Source: a virus
Taxonomy: Duplodnaviria > Caudoviricetes
Reading direction: 5' to 3' (one strand)
Length of the DNA stretch: 45,414 bases
IMG/VR virus record: IMGVR_UViG_3300037657_000018
Span: 1-45,414 of that record
The position numbers were made by a program, and so were the translations under genes. The notes beneath the pieces are model-generated. The model worked only from the letters and a program-made list of their open reading frames with translations, was not told the DNA's origin and did not search any database. This document shows positions 1 through 10,180 of this stretch, one piece after another. The stretch's first letter is position 1, and each line of letters begins with the position of its first letter.

Positions 1-127
1 CAACCACCTCGCGGCCGCCAGCGAGGCGCAGATTGCCGACGAGCTTGGCGACTTCGTAGACCTCTACTACACGAACTACGGCAAGGCCGCGCTCGTCATC
101 TACGGCCACTGGTACGACCCAGGCGAC
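1..127. repeat. Terminal direct overlap, identical to 45288-45414 (circular assembly)
   Basis: caaccacctc...cccaggcgac occurs at both ends; 127 nt is a common assembler k-mer; one reading frame runs through the junction. Confidence 0.95.
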
Positions 128-3100
128 GATGCAACCGCAAGCTGGGTTAGCGAGGCCAACCTCCGCTACTTTATCGGCCTGACCAACCGGCTGAATTCGT
201 GCCAGATCATGCCGCATCGTGATGTCGTTGGCCTACGGCTGGCAGGAGCCCAGTTTTTGACGCCGGAGCAGGTTTCCGTGGCGGCCGGCGTCACGGCAGA
301 CTCCAATCAGGTTCAGGCCGTGGCGGCCGACCAGGACAGCATCTATGACCTCGGCGGCCACAGCAACCTCTTGAAGATGTGGGTTGATGTTCCGCGCTCA
401 AGCACTACGGCGCAAATGGCTGATGTAATTGACCCGGGCGCGCCAACGATCTCACTGGCCTTCGGGTACAACAACGCAGCGTTCGTCCAGTGGTCAGCGT
501 CGGCATCCGAGGATGTTCAATACTACAACGTCTACCGCTACTTCGACGGCGCCTCGGCCGTGAAGATCGGAACCTCCACCAGCGCCAACTACTTCGACAC
601 CACGGCCATCAACGGAAGCCCGCACAACTACTACGTCACGGCAGTTGACCGCGCCGGCAACGAAAGCGTGGCGTCATCCACGATGACCACGACGCCCGGA
701 ACGATCATCTCCGTGGGGCGCCCAGCGTACTACGCGCTGTGGTTCCAGGATCCGGGCGCATCGCTGACTTCTGACGAGATCGCTGACATCGCATCGTTCG
801 ACGCCATCGTCACGGGACCGTTTGCGATGGAGGGCGCCGCAGCCGAACCGGCCTACACCGGACTTCTGTCCGCCGTGCGCGCGATCAACAGCGACCACAT
901 CATGCTCCAGTACGTCCACCCGTGGCAGGTCCGGATCGACGGGCAGGGATCTGACCGCAGTCCATACAAGCGGATCAAGGCGTACTGCGACACGGGCACG
1001 TCCGGCGCGGACACGCTCGGGTACGCCTGCAACGTCGATGGCCAGATCATCAAGTCCTACGACCAGGGGCCGACAACGTGGCATGTGAACGTCATGCGCG
1101 CCGGGGCCGCCGACAGCGTGGCCTTCATCTGGGCAGAAGCCTACCAGTACCTCAGTCGCATGAGCGACGAGTACACCGGCCTGTTCGTTGACGACGTTGT
1201 GTACGACCTGGAGACGACCGTCTACGACGCCGCGAACTCCGGCGATACGTCGCCCATGAACACCATCGTCGATTTCGACAACGACAACACCGTGTTCAGT
1301 TCTGACGCGCAGGAAAAGGCCGCGCTCCAGACGTATATGGTGGACTTTATCACGGCCCTGCGCCGAGAGTTCGCGCAGCGTGGACTGCCGAACCGCCTCA
1401 TTGTAGCCAACAGCAGCATCGGCCGGGCGACAAGCCCAGGCGCAAACGCCACGGCCATCTTCAGCCGACTAGACGGGAACATGATCGAGGGGCCGAATCA
1501 GTGGTTCCCAGGCAACGCCGCGTCTGACACGACATGGGATCGTGCGTTCGGCGTTCGCGCACTGATGACGCACGCGCAGACGGCGCCGGCCATGCAGTTG
1601 TTCCAGGTCAAGACAGACAGCAGCATCGCCTACCAGTCCGAGGTTTTGGCGCTGGCCAACGATTCTTGGGTGTGCGCGCAGGGAAACTTGGCGACCACGG
1701 GCTACGGGAACAGCGCAGTGCCCGAGATGGTGCGCCGCCTGCCCGCACCGGGCACCTCGTTCGGATACGACATTGACGACGGCGGAGCCGACCCCGACAC
1801 GCTGACAGCGACGTGGAACAACTACACGGCCAGGATGCTGCTCCAGCGGGCCACTGCTGCACAGTCGGCCGACGCCGACTCGATCTACGCTGTCTGGCCC
1901 TACGTCATCACCGACAACACGAAGTCGCCAGGAGACGTTGGGTACTACCTGTCGCGGTCGTACTTCTGGCCGAAGCCGGCCGATGTTGGAGCGCCCACCA
2001 CGGTCGTCCAGATGAACGATCAGGGCTCCTACGGTGGCGACAGGTTCGTCAATCTCGCGTGGGAAGCGAACGCCCTGCCGGGCGACTTCCGGGGCTGGAA
2101 CATCTACCGCGACCCGTGCGACGGTTGTGATGCGTTCCTGATGGAGTCGCTGCCTACCGTCACGGAAACCGGAACCCTTGCTTACGCGTACGTTGACAGC
2201 GCGGTGACGAACGGCGTGGAGTACACCTATCAGGTTGCCGCAGTTGACGCCAACATGAACGTCGGATCGGCTGCCGATAGCGATCCGCTGACGCCGCACG
2301 ACGACACGGCGCCGCCAATCCCGCAGAACCTCAAGATCGCTGGAGGCGGTTACTACGTCGATCTCGACTGGAACAACTCTGGAGGCGCCGATCTCGTTGG
2401 CTACTACATCGCCCGAGCGATGGAGACAGGGGACGGCCCAGGCACGTTCACGGCCCGCTACGACTCCGTGGCCATCTCGGCCTACCAGGACTCGACGGCG
2501 TTGTCGGCCAACACCTACTACTACTACGCCCGCGCCTACGACGACGACGGCAACATCTCGGCGCCTTCAGACACGGTGTGGGGCGGCTGGCTTGGAGAGC
2601 CCGACCCGCCGACGTTCCCGGCTCCGTCGAACGTGACGGTTCGCGCCGATTACCCGGTGGCCGGCCGCGCTGCCGTAATCGCCTTCGCGCCGGCCGACAC
2701 CGTGGGCATCACGGGCTACCAGATTTTCCGTGGCGCCTCGGCCGACACCGGGGCGTGCGTGCTGTACCGCGACAACGTGACGGATGACGCCCAGTACCAC
2801 AGCGCGTACTACGAGGACTTGAAGGCCAACAGCGACCCGGACACCACCTGGTACTACACGGCCAAGGTGCTGTACGCCACGGGCTGGTCCGAGAAGTTCC
2901 ACACGCCGAGGCCGGGGCTGACCACTGGTAACTACCCGAGCACTGTGCCCGCGATTTCACCCGTCCCCGGTGACGGCGGCATCTTCGTCTACTGGACGCA
3001 ACTTACAGGGTCGGACTCGACACTGGTATATCGCGGAACGACCGCCGCAGAGCAGGCGCTGATCGCCACCGTGGCACACGGCGCGAACCCGTACTTCGAC

Positions 3101-4234
3101 GACAGCGCCGGAGAAGACATCGACTACTACTACAAGGTCCGGTTCAAGGACAACCCGTCCACCTACACCGATTACTCGCTGGTCAGCGCACCGACGACAT
3201 GGGTGGGCCAGCCGTCCGGCGACCCGTCGATCTCCAGCGTGACCGGAGACGCCCTGTCGCACGGCGAGACGGTGACGATCTCGGGTTCGAGCTTCGGGTC
3301 GAAGGCCACGGCCGCGCCCGTGCAGTACGACGACTTTGAGGAAGGTTCGCAGGGTGCAGACATTGCCACTACGTCGGGAACGACTGGGTGGAACATTGTT
3401 TCCGCAGGCGGGGACGGCGCCGGGCCCTGGTCAATGCCGATCTATTCCTCTACAGCGGCTCATACCGGACTCGGAATGATGTCTCGGTACGAGGGGCAGA
3501 CTGGCAGCAGCCGCGTGCTGAAGTCGGGTGCGTGGACAACCGACATGTATATCGACTTCTGGTGGCGCGCAGTTGACCCAGCGGACGCAAGGTCGCCAAA
3601 CTCGAAGCACTGGTTTGCGTATGGGAGCAACAGCGCAAGCAACAACACGCCGCAGCTGAACCTGCTCGGACAGTGCAACGTCGGAGCGCTCATGATCGCT
3701 CCGACATACAAGAACGGCCTCGGTGGGCCGAACGAGTATGTCACATCGTGGTCGAACCTTACTAACGGCATGAACCACTGGCAGTTCTCGTTCAAGTTCG
3801 ACCAGACAGGTGGCTCTGCTGGCCGGTATGACGTGTGGCGCAATGGAGTCAGAATTGACTACAGCGATGCGTTTAAGACGCATGACGCCGATGTCAACGC
3901 CGGGCAGTATTTCGACGAGCTGATTTTCGGCCACTACTACTCGCACTACTACCCGAACAACACCTGCGGGGCCGGCAGCTACTGCGGGTCAGGGTATGAC
4001 TATTTCGACAACATCTACATCGACAACACGACGGCCCGCGTCGAACTCGGCAACGCCTCGACGTATGACGCCTGCACGCAGCGCGAGATCCAGATTCCCT
4101 CGTCGTGGGCGGCTGGCAGCATCGGCATCACGGTTAACACCGGGTCGTTCCCAAACGACACAGAGTACTGGCTGTTCGTCATCGACGAGGACGGGACGCC
4201 GTCTGCAGGCAAGAAAGTCACGATCACCAACTAG
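2..4234 (+). CDS. 3' part of a ~1,914-aa exported multidomain protein: end of CE4 deacetylase, FN3, TIM-barrel glycoside-hydrolase-like domain, further FN3 repeats, C-terminal lectin/lyase-like beta-sandwich
   Basis: Frame is open from nt 2, in frame with ORF 209..4234 and with ATG 43777 across the junction. FN3 signatures (YNVYR...YYVTAVDRAGNES); GH-like GLFVDD/LIVAN/DGNMIEG; DDFE...YFDNIYID module. Confidence 0.85.
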   Translation, partial: NHLAAASEAQIADELGDFVDLYYTNYGKAALVIYGHWYDPGDDATASWVSEANLRYFIGLTNRLNSCQIMPHRDVVGLRLAGAQFLTPEQVSVAAGVTADSNQVQAVAADQDSIYDLGGHSNLLKMWVDVPRSSTTAQMADVIDPGAPTISLAFGYNNAAFVQWSASASEDVQYYNVYRYFDGASAVKIGTSTSANYFDTTAINGSPHNYYVTAVDRAGNESVASSTMTTTPGTIISVGRPAYYALWFQDPGASLTSDEIADIASFDAIVTGPFAMEGAAAEPAYTGLLSAVRAINSDHIMLQYVHPWQVRIDGQGSDRSPYKRIKAYCDTGTSGADTLGYACNVDGQIIKSYDQGPTTWHVNVMRAGAADSVAFIWAEAYQYLSRMSDEYTGLFVDDVVYDLETTVYDAANSGDTSPMNTIVDFDNDNTVFSSDAQEKAALQTYMVDFITALRREFAQRGLPNRLIVANSSIGRATSPGANATAIFSRLDGNMIEGPNQWFPGNAASDTTWDRAFGVRALMTHAQTAPAMQLFQVKTDSSIAYQSEVLALANDSWVCAQGNLATTGYGNSAVPEMVRRLPAPGTSFGYDIDDGGADPDTLTATWNNYTARMLLQRATAAQSADADSIYAVWPYVITDNTKSPGDVGYYLSRSYFWPKPADVGAPTTVVQMNDQGSYGGDRFVNLAWEANALPGDFRGWNIYRDPCDGCDAFLMESLPTVTETGTLAYAYVDSAVTNGVEYTYQVAAVDANMNVGSAADSDPLTPHDDTAPPIPQNLKIAGGGYYVDLDWNNSGGADLVGYYIARAMETGDGPGTFTARYDSVAISAYQDSTALSANTYYYYARAYDDDGNISAPSDTVWGGWLGEPDPPTFPAPSNVTVRADYPVAGRAAVIAFAPADTVGITGYQIFRGASADTGACVLYRDNVTDDAQYHSAYYEDLKANSDPDTTWYYTAKVLYATGWSEKFHTPRPGLTTGNYPSTVPAISPVPGDGGIFVYWTQLTGSDSTLVYRGTTAAEQALIATVAHGANPYFDDSAGEDIDYYYKVRFKDNPSTYTDYSLVSAPTTWVGQPSGDPSISSVTGDALSHGETVTISGSSFGSKATAAPVQYDDFEEGSQGADIATTSGTTGWNIVSAGGDGAGPWSMPIYSSTAAHTGLGMMSRYEGQTGSSRVLKSGAWTTDMYIDFWWRAVDPADARSPNSKHWFAYGSNSASNNTPQLNLLGQCNVGALMIAPTYKNGLGGPNEYVTSWSNLTNGMNHWQFSFKFDQTGGSAGRYDVWRNGVRIDYSDAFKTHDADVNAGQYFDELIFGHYYSHYYPNNTCGAGSYCGSGYDYFDNIYIDNTTARVELGNASTYDACTQREIQIPSSWAAGSIGITVNTGSFPNDTEYWLFVIDEDGTPSAGKKVTITN

Positions 4235-4248
4235 CGGAGGACTCGCCC

Positions 4249-4467
4249 GTGAACTTCGACATGACGCTGAGGCTTGACTTCCTGATTGTGGCAGCAGGCG
4301 TGCTGTTCTTCGTGGCGAGGCTCCAGTCGAAGGTTGACGTTCTGTCGTCGGCCGTCGAGAGGATCACCAATCTGGTGAGCGACATCGAGGGCCGCGTCCG
4401 GGCAACCGAGATCCATGTGGCCGAACACATGGGCGAGAGCAAGTCGGCCAAGGAGGCGAGGAGCTGA
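4249..4467 (+). CDS. Small membrane protein with coiled-coil tail (holin-like/unknown)
   Basis: GGAGG RBS, one hydrophobic helix followed by a heptad-like segment. Confidence 0.65.
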   Translation: MNFDMTLRLDFLIVAAGVLFFVARLQSKVDVLSSAVERITNLVSDIEGRVRATEIHVAEHMGESKSAKEARS

Positions 4468-4673
4468 TGCTCACCAAGATCGTCGGACACTCGGCCATGT
4501 CGGACATGATGAAGAAGTTGAGCGGTGGGCCGCAGTCGCTTCTTCCGATGAGTCCGTCCAAGGGCGTCGGTGTTCCGTCTGGTCGTGGTGCCGCCCCCGC
4601 GAAGACTAGGCAGTACGTCGTTCCGATGCAGAAGCCGAAGAGCACGAAGCTCAAGGGGCCGTGGTGGAAGTAG
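4467..4673 (+). CDS. Small basic hypothetical protein
   Basis: TGATG coupling to the upstream ORF; Lys/Pro-rich. Confidence 0.55.
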   Translation: MLTKIVGHSAMSDMMKKLSGGPQSLLPMSPSKGVGVPSGRGAAPAKTRQYVVPMQKPKSTKLKGPWWK

Positions 4674-6088
4674 AATCCGTCACCGCGAATAGCACGGTCA
4701 TCTGGACCCCGCAGGAGGGCCCACAGGACACGTTTATCAGGTGCCCGGCTCTAGAGGCGTTCTACGGAGGTTCTGTTGGCGGGGGCAAGTCAGACGCCCT
4801 TCTCGGCGACTACTCGCGCGGCTGCGAACTTGGGTCTGGCTGGGTCGGCGTTCTGTTCCGGCGCAACTTCCCGGACATGGACGACATCATCAGGCGCTCG
4901 CACGAAATCTTCGGCCCCGTGTACGGCAGCAAGTGCTACTCGGCGTCCAAGTACCAGTGGAACTTCCCGAGCGGGGCCATCCTGCAGTTCCGCTCTCTGG
5001 AGAAGGACACCGACGTTTACAAGTACCAGGGCCAGCAGTACTCGTGGATCGGGTTCGACGAGCTGACCCAGTGGCCGACGCCATTCTGTTACACCTACCT
5101 GTTCAGCCGACTGCGGTCGGCCAAGGGCATGAAGGTCAGGATGCGCTGCGCGAGCAATCCTGGTGGACCGGGCCATGCGTGGGTGAAGCAAAGGTTCCTT
5201 GATCCCATGCCGCAGAACACCGGCCTGCGCGTCACCACGAAGAGCGGCGGCGCGTACTGGCGCGTGTTCATCCGGGCCCGCCTTGAGGACAACAAGATCC
5301 TCATGGACAACGACCCCGGATACGGGGATCGCGTGTACGAAGTCCACGACCCGGTGCTGGCCCACGCGCTGCGCACTGGAGACTGGAACATCCTCGCGGG
5401 GGCCGCCTTCCCCGAGTTCGACACGCGGCTGCACGTCATCGACAACGCGCCGATGCCGCAGGAGCGGCCGATCAGGCGCTCGATGGACTGGGGATTCAAG
5501 ACCCCATACGGCTGCACCTGGGGCTTCGCCTACGACGGCGACCTGATTATTGGCGGGGAGCTGTACGGGTGGAGCGGAACGCCGAATGTCGGCACCGAGG
5601 AGTCGCCGGAAGAGGTCAAGCGCAAGATCGCCAACTTCGAGGCGATGAATGAGATCTACGTTCCGGTCGGCCTGCTCGACAACCAGTGCTGGGCCGAGCA
5701 CGGGTACAAAAGCGAGATCGTCAGGCTTCTCTCGTCCGAGGGCCCGCACGACATGAACCCGCTGTCGTGGAAGCCGTGGGAGAAGGGAAAGTACTCGCGC
5801 ATCCAGCAGAATCAGCTCCTTCACGGGCTCATGTCGTCCACCAACGGGCGCACGAGGTTCAAGGTCATGCGCCGCTGCGTCCACACAATCAGGACGTTCC
5901 CGCTTCTGCAGCGTGACCAGAACAACCCCGAGGACGTCGATACTCGCTGTGAGGACCACCTCTATGACGCAACGAGGGCGCTGGCCGCTGCCGGCGTACC
6001 CACGCGGGAACAGCTGCGCGGTCGTGCCCTGAGGCGCAACATGGCGCCACGCACCAGAGGCTCAGACCTCACGGGAGGCAATTACTGA
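4661..6088 (+). CDS. terL: Terminase large subunit
   Basis: Walker A YGGSVGGGKS, Walker B WIGFDE, coupling motif ASNPGG, nuclease motifs SMDWG and EDHLYDATR. Confidence 0.95.
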   Translation: MVEVESVTANSTVIWTPQEGPQDTFIRCPALEAFYGGSVGGGKSDALLGDYSRGCELGSGWVGVLFRRNFPDMDDIIRRSHEIFGPVYGSKCYSASKYQWNFPSGAILQFRSLEKDTDVYKYQGQQYSWIGFDELTQWPTPFCYTYLFSRLRSAKGMKVRMRCASNPGGPGHAWVKQRFLDPMPQNTGLRVTTKSGGAYWRVFIRARLEDNKILMDNDPGYGDRVYEVHDPVLAHALRTGDWNILAGAAFPEFDTRLHVIDNAPMPQERPIRRSMDWGFKTPYGCTWGFAYDGDLIIGGELYGWSGTPNVGTEESPEEVKRKIANFEAMNEIYVPVGLLDNQCWAEHGYKSEIVRLLSSEGPHDMNPLSWKPWEKGKYSRIQQNQLLHGLMSSTNGRTRFKVMRRCVHTIRTFPLLQRDQNNPEDVDTRCEDHLYDATRALAAAGVPTREQLRGRALRRNMAPRTRGSDLTGGNY

Positions 6089-8061
6089 TGGCGATTACCC
6101 TGCGGTCTGAGTCTGCGAGAAACGAGGTCAGGGACCTCGTAATCGAGAACTGGCGCACGATGAAGGACGAGCGCGAGGCCCTTGAAATCAAGTGGCGCCG
6201 CTGCATGATGACGTACCTCTGCGAGCACGACAAGGCGTGGGTCCAGTTCGCGAAGGACGCCAACCGGTCCCACCGCTACGTCGCGCTCAACTGGGACGCC
6301 ATCGAGACCCTGCTGCCGCAGGTCTACGACTCCGTGTTCGGGCAGGACGACTACCTGAAGATCCGCCCGATGCGCGAGGGCTTCAATGAGGACGACGACC
6401 AGGTAGCGGAGATGATGAAGTATCTCCTGCGCTACCAGATGATGCACGGGAAGTACAAGCAGACGGCCAAGATCGGCATGAAGCAGCTGCTCATGCTCGG
6501 CAACTGCCCGTGGACGATGCAGTGGGTCGTCCGCAAGGCCGTGAACTACGGGAACTTCGTTGACGCGATGAAGAAGTGGGTCAAGGACACGGCCCAGTAC
6601 CAGCGCGAATACGAAGACATCATGATGGAGTACAACGACATCGCGATCCAGTCGCGCGCGATGGGGCAGGACCCGCCGCCGCCGCCGACGTTCAAGGAGC
6701 CAGCGCGCCCGCCGAAGGACATGTCCGTCGTGTTTGAGGGCCCGGTGCTGCGCGTGTCGTCGATCTTCAACTTCGTTCAGGAGCAGCACCCGAACGACGA
6801 GGCGTCGGCCCTGCGGATCATCCGCTCGTGGCGCACGCTGGCCTACCTGAAGCAGATGGCAAAGCCGGGAGAGGACGGCTACAAGCTGTACGAGAACCTC
6901 TCCAGCGTGCAGGAGATCGCCAGCGAAGACAGGTCAGAGGACAACTCGTCCGAGCACCTGTTGAAGATGGCCCTCGGAATGACGATGCCGACCGGCAAGA
7001 ACAAGGTCCAGCTCAAGGAGATGCACGGCACTTTTGAGATCAACGGCCCAGGTGGCGAGAAGGGCCTCTACGAGAACTACATCTGCACGGTGGCCAACAA
7101 CGAGCTGATCCGCTGCGAGCCGTCGCCGATGTTCTCCGGCCGGCCGCTGGTGCAGAACGCGCGCCTCATCACGATCGAGGGCGGCGTCTACGGCATCGGC
7201 GTTATCGAGAAGGCGCTCGACGAGCAGGACTCGGCTGTGGCCATCCACAACCAGAACATCGACGCCGTGGCCTCGATCATCTCGCCGGAGTGCGAGGTCG
7301 TCGAGGACCAGCTGGTCGATGGAGAGGCAAAGCCCAGCGGCCCCGGAGTGCGGCACTACGTCACGCAGGTCGGGACGTTCAACGCGATCCCGAAGAACTT
7401 TCAGGGCGTCCCCCTGGGCTTTGAGTCGCTGAATGCCTGCATTCGCCGTCACGAGCGTATCACGGGGTCGATCGACACCGGGTCCGGCAACACGGAGTCG
7501 GCCACCAAGACGGCACGCAACACGAACGTGATCGCCACCAAGCTGGGCGGGCACGTCGAGCAGGTCGAGCTGGACTTCATCGGCGAGTCGCTGAACGCGG
7601 CGATGGAGCTGAACGCCCAGTACATCGACGACAACCAGAAGTTCTCGATCACGCAGGACGAGCGCGTCCTGAAGCTGGACATCTCTCCCGAGCACATCCG
7701 GCGCGGGTGGCTCGTGTTCTCGGCCGGGTCGAAGTACATGGCCGAGAAGCAGGCGCGACTTGAGAAGCTGATGATGACGCTGCAGATGGCCACGCAGTCT
7801 GAGGCGAGCGGAAAGCCGTCGCCCGTGCGCATGGACAACCTGTGGCGCAAGCTGTTCAAGGAGGCCCTCGGCGAGGCCGACGACCTGCTCATGTCGAAGG
7901 AAGAATACGAGGCCGCGCTGCAGCAGTACCAGATGATGATCCAGGCGCAGCAGCTGGCCGCAACCAGAACGGCGATTGATGAAGCGACAGGACCTCCGGC
8001 TCCTGCAGCAGGCGCACCGGATGGGGCTTCTGGAGCCCCTGTTGGACCGCCTGCAGCGTAG
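6088..8061 (+). CDS. Portal protein
   Basis: 657 aa directly after TerL; YGIGVIE and TATE-like SATKT motifs; Gln/Pro-rich C-terminus. Confidence 0.85.
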   Translation: MAITLRSESARNEVRDLVIENWRTMKDEREALEIKWRRCMMTYLCEHDKAWVQFAKDANRSHRYVALNWDAIETLLPQVYDSVFGQDDYLKIRPMREGFNEDDDQVAEMMKYLLRYQMMHGKYKQTAKIGMKQLLMLGNCPWTMQWVVRKAVNYGNFVDAMKKWVKDTAQYQREYEDIMMEYNDIAIQSRAMGQDPPPPPTFKEPARPPKDMSVVFEGPVLRVSSIFNFVQEQHPNDEASALRIIRSWRTLAYLKQMAKPGEDGYKLYENLSSVQEIASEDRSEDNSSEHLLKMALGMTMPTGKNKVQLKEMHGTFEINGPGGEKGLYENYICTVANNELIRCEPSPMFSGRPLVQNARLITIEGGVYGIGVIEKALDEQDSAVAIHNQNIDAVASIISPECEVVEDQLVDGEAKPSGPGVRHYVTQVGTFNAIPKNFQGVPLGFESLNACIRRHERITGSIDTGSGNTESATKTARNTNVIATKLGGHVEQVELDFIGESLNAAMELNAQYIDDNQKFSITQDERVLKLDISPEHIRRGWLVFSAGSKYMAEKQARLEKLMMTLQMATQSEASGKPSPVRMDNLWRKLFKEALGEADDLLMSKEEYEAALQQYQMMIQAQQLAATRTAIDEATGPPAPAAGAPDGASGAPVGPPAA

Positions 8062-8186
8062 GGCCAAGACGAATAGCGCTCCAGTAGAGCCGTCCGGTCC
8101 AGAGTGGCCTCTGTTGAGGGCATTCAGGGACGGGAGGAGCGCGGAAGCCAGCGACACACTGGCGTGGCTCATTGGTGCCTTAAACT

Positions 8187-8213
8187 CGACCGACGGGTCG
8201 GAAAACACGGAGG
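8187..8213 (+). promoter_or_regulatory. Leader element: 5-bp stem, GACG loop, then AAAACACGG and RBS (copy 1)
   Basis: CGACC-GACG-GGTCG-G-AAAACACGG-AGG; a second copy at 10582-10609 has compensatory stem changes. Confidence 0.6.
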
Positions 8214-8219
8214 GTGAAG

Positions 8220-9059
8220 ATGGGTAAGTACGACGATCTGAGAGAGATGGGGCGTCTTTCGGGGGAACTCGACGATGACCTCAGTGGTGCGCCCAGCGCG
8301 GAGGACATCGCGTCCTCGACCACCGAGGAGATCCCGTCGTTTTCTGCCGAGTCCGACGACGACACACTCGGGAACGTTATCAGCCTCGACCAGCTCCTGG
8401 GTCTTGGCGACGAACCAGAGGCAACCCGCGAGCCAGAGCCGAAAGGCGAAGACGGCGAAGAGGAAGAGCCGAAGGGGCGTCGCGACAGGATCTCCGAGCT
8501 GTCGGAGCAGCTTAACGCCGAGCGTCGCCGGAACGACGAACTCGTCAATCGGCTCCTTGACCGCAGACCTGACAACACCGAGTCCGATGACGGCGTCCAG
8601 CCCGAGGAGCTTTCTCCGGCGACGAAGGAGTACTTCAAGAAGTACGGCCTCGTCACCAAGGAGGAAGTGTCCGGCCTGCTGAACGACCTGGAGCCGGTGA
8701 TGAAGCGTGTCAAGGACGAGCGGATCGCCGCCGCCATCGCAGCGCACGTCGATGGCTTTACGGTGCAGAACATGCCAGCACTGTACAAGGCCATGGCTGA
8801 CGCGCCCGAACAGAAACGCGCTCTTTACGAGGAAGGCTTGGCGGGGGCCGTAATTCTCGCCCGTGACCTTGTCGGCGGCGGTTCGCCGGACACGGCAGGC
8901 AAAAGGCGCACCGGAAGCAGCCTTGCTTCGCGGCATCACAGCGAGGCTGGATCGTCCAGCCGTCGCGACAACGAAGTCGATGGCGAGGCTGAAAAGCTCC
9001 GGCGCATCGAGTCCCTGACGGCAGAGCAGATTCACGCCCTGCTTGACGGGATCGGCTAA
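8220..9059 (+). CDS. Capsid scaffolding protein
   Basis: Acidic, low-complexity N-terminus plus coiled coil; lies between portal and capsid; ATG 8220 follows GGAGG. Confidence 0.8.
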   Translation: MGKYDDLREMGRLSGELDDDLSGAPSAEDIASSTTEEIPSFSAESDDDTLGNVISLDQLLGLGDEPEATREPEPKGEDGEEEEPKGRRDRISELSEQLNAERRRNDELVNRLLDRRPDNTESDDGVQPEELSPATKEYFKKYGLVTKEEVSGLLNDLEPVMKRVKDERIAAAIAAHVDGFTVQNMPALYKAMADAPEQKRALYEEGLAGAVILARDLVGGGSPDTAGKRRTGSSLASRHHSEAGSSSRRDNEVDGEAEKLRRIESLTAEQIHALLDGIG

Positions 9060-9079
9060 ACCAAGAAGGGAGCAGTCGC

Positions 9080-10153
9080 ATGGCGACTCTCAACACCCTT
9101 GCCGGCCTGCGTTCGTCCAATGAGGCGTCCCCGGAGATGCCCAAGCTGACGCGCGCCTGGTACAACAAGGTCTTCCTGACGATCGCGACGCCGAAGCTGG
9201 TTCACGACCAGTTCGGCATGCCCACCACGCTGCCCCAGGGCAACGGCGAACAGGTCCTGTGGCGGCGCTGGGAGCGCCTCACTGCGGCTGCTGTGCCGCT
9301 GCTCGAAGGCGTCAACCCGACCGGCAAGCGCCTGTCGTACACGAACGTGCTCGGCACCGTGTACTGGTACGGCGACTGGGTCGGCATCACCGACGTCGTG
9401 GACTTCATGCACCCGGACAACGTGCTGTCCATCGCCACCAAGCGGCTGGCCCAGCAGTCGGCGGAGACGAAGGACCTCGTGACCCGCGACGTGGTCAACG
9501 CCGGAACCTCGTTCCTGCGCATCACGGCTGATGGCACCACGCCGACCGTTGGCGTCGGCGCCCGCAGCACTGTCGCTGGTTGCATCACGAAGGCCGCCGT
9601 CGATACGGCCATCACCGTCCTGGAGGCGGAGGATGCCGAGTACTACCACGGCCCGATGGGTGCGTCCGTGAAGACCTCGACCGAGCCCATCGGCCCGGCC
9701 TTCGTGGCGATCGTCCACCCGCATGTCGCGCACGACTTCGTGAACGCCGCGTCCGGCTTCGGCACGGACTGGGTGCCTCGCGAGAAGTACGCCTCAGGCG
9801 GCGTGGCCTACCCGACCGAGATCGGCAAGTACCGCAACGTCAGGTTCCTGACCTCGACGGCTGCCAAGTACTGGGCGAGCACCGGTCACACGGCCAACGT
9901 CGGCACCACGCCCGCCGCGACCTACCGTTCGACGAACGGCAGCAACGGCGACGTGTACTCCGTGCTGATCCTGGCCAAGGAAGCCTTCGGCACGGTCAAG
10001 CTGGCCGGCGCGACGGCGACCTACTACAACAAGCCGGGCGGCAACGCCGACCCGCTGCACCGCAAGGCGACTGCGGGCTGGAAGGGTTGCTGGGGCGCTT
10101 CGATCCTCAACGACGACTTCATGGTCCGCATCGAGTGCCTGGCCCGCTGGTAA
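9080..10153 (+). CDS. Major capsid protein (N4-gp56 family-like)
   Basis: 357 aa; LLEGVNP, YGDW, IVHPHVAHD, EIGKYRNVRF and DPLxxxxxxGWK motifs. Confidence 0.9.
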   Translation: MATLNTLAGLRSSNEASPEMPKLTRAWYNKVFLTIATPKLVHDQFGMPTTLPQGNGEQVLWRRWERLTAAAVPLLEGVNPTGKRLSYTNVLGTVYWYGDWVGITDVVDFMHPDNVLSIATKRLAQQSAETKDLVTRDVVNAGTSFLRITADGTTPTVGVGARSTVAGCITKAAVDTAITVLEAEDAEYYHGPMGASVKTSTEPIGPAFVAIVHPHVAHDFVNAASGFGTDWVPREKYASGGVAYPTEIGKYRNVRFLTSTAAKYWASTGHTANVGTTPAATYRSTNGSNGDVYSVLILAKEAFGTVKLAGATATYYNKPGGNADPLHRKATAGWKGCWGASILNDDFMVRIECLARW

Positions 10154-10180
10154 ACCTGAACCGCTCACGGAGGTGAGAAA

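Noticed and set aside
1-127. 127-bp repeat as a biological direct terminal repeat
   Set aside because: It lies mid-gene and matches a typical assembler k-mer length, so it is best read as a circularisation overlap.
209-4234. ATG 209 as the gene start
   Set aside because: The frame is open upstream through the junction to ATG 43777, which supplies a signal peptide and the rest of the CE4 domain.
2-4234. Diversity-generating retroelement target
   Set aside because: No reverse transcriptase and no template/variable repeat pair seen.
7976-8227. 83-aa ORF bridging portal and scaffold
   Set aside because: It overlaps the portal end, starts at TTG with no RBS, and runs over the structured scaffold leader; a shorter gene here cannot be fully excluded.
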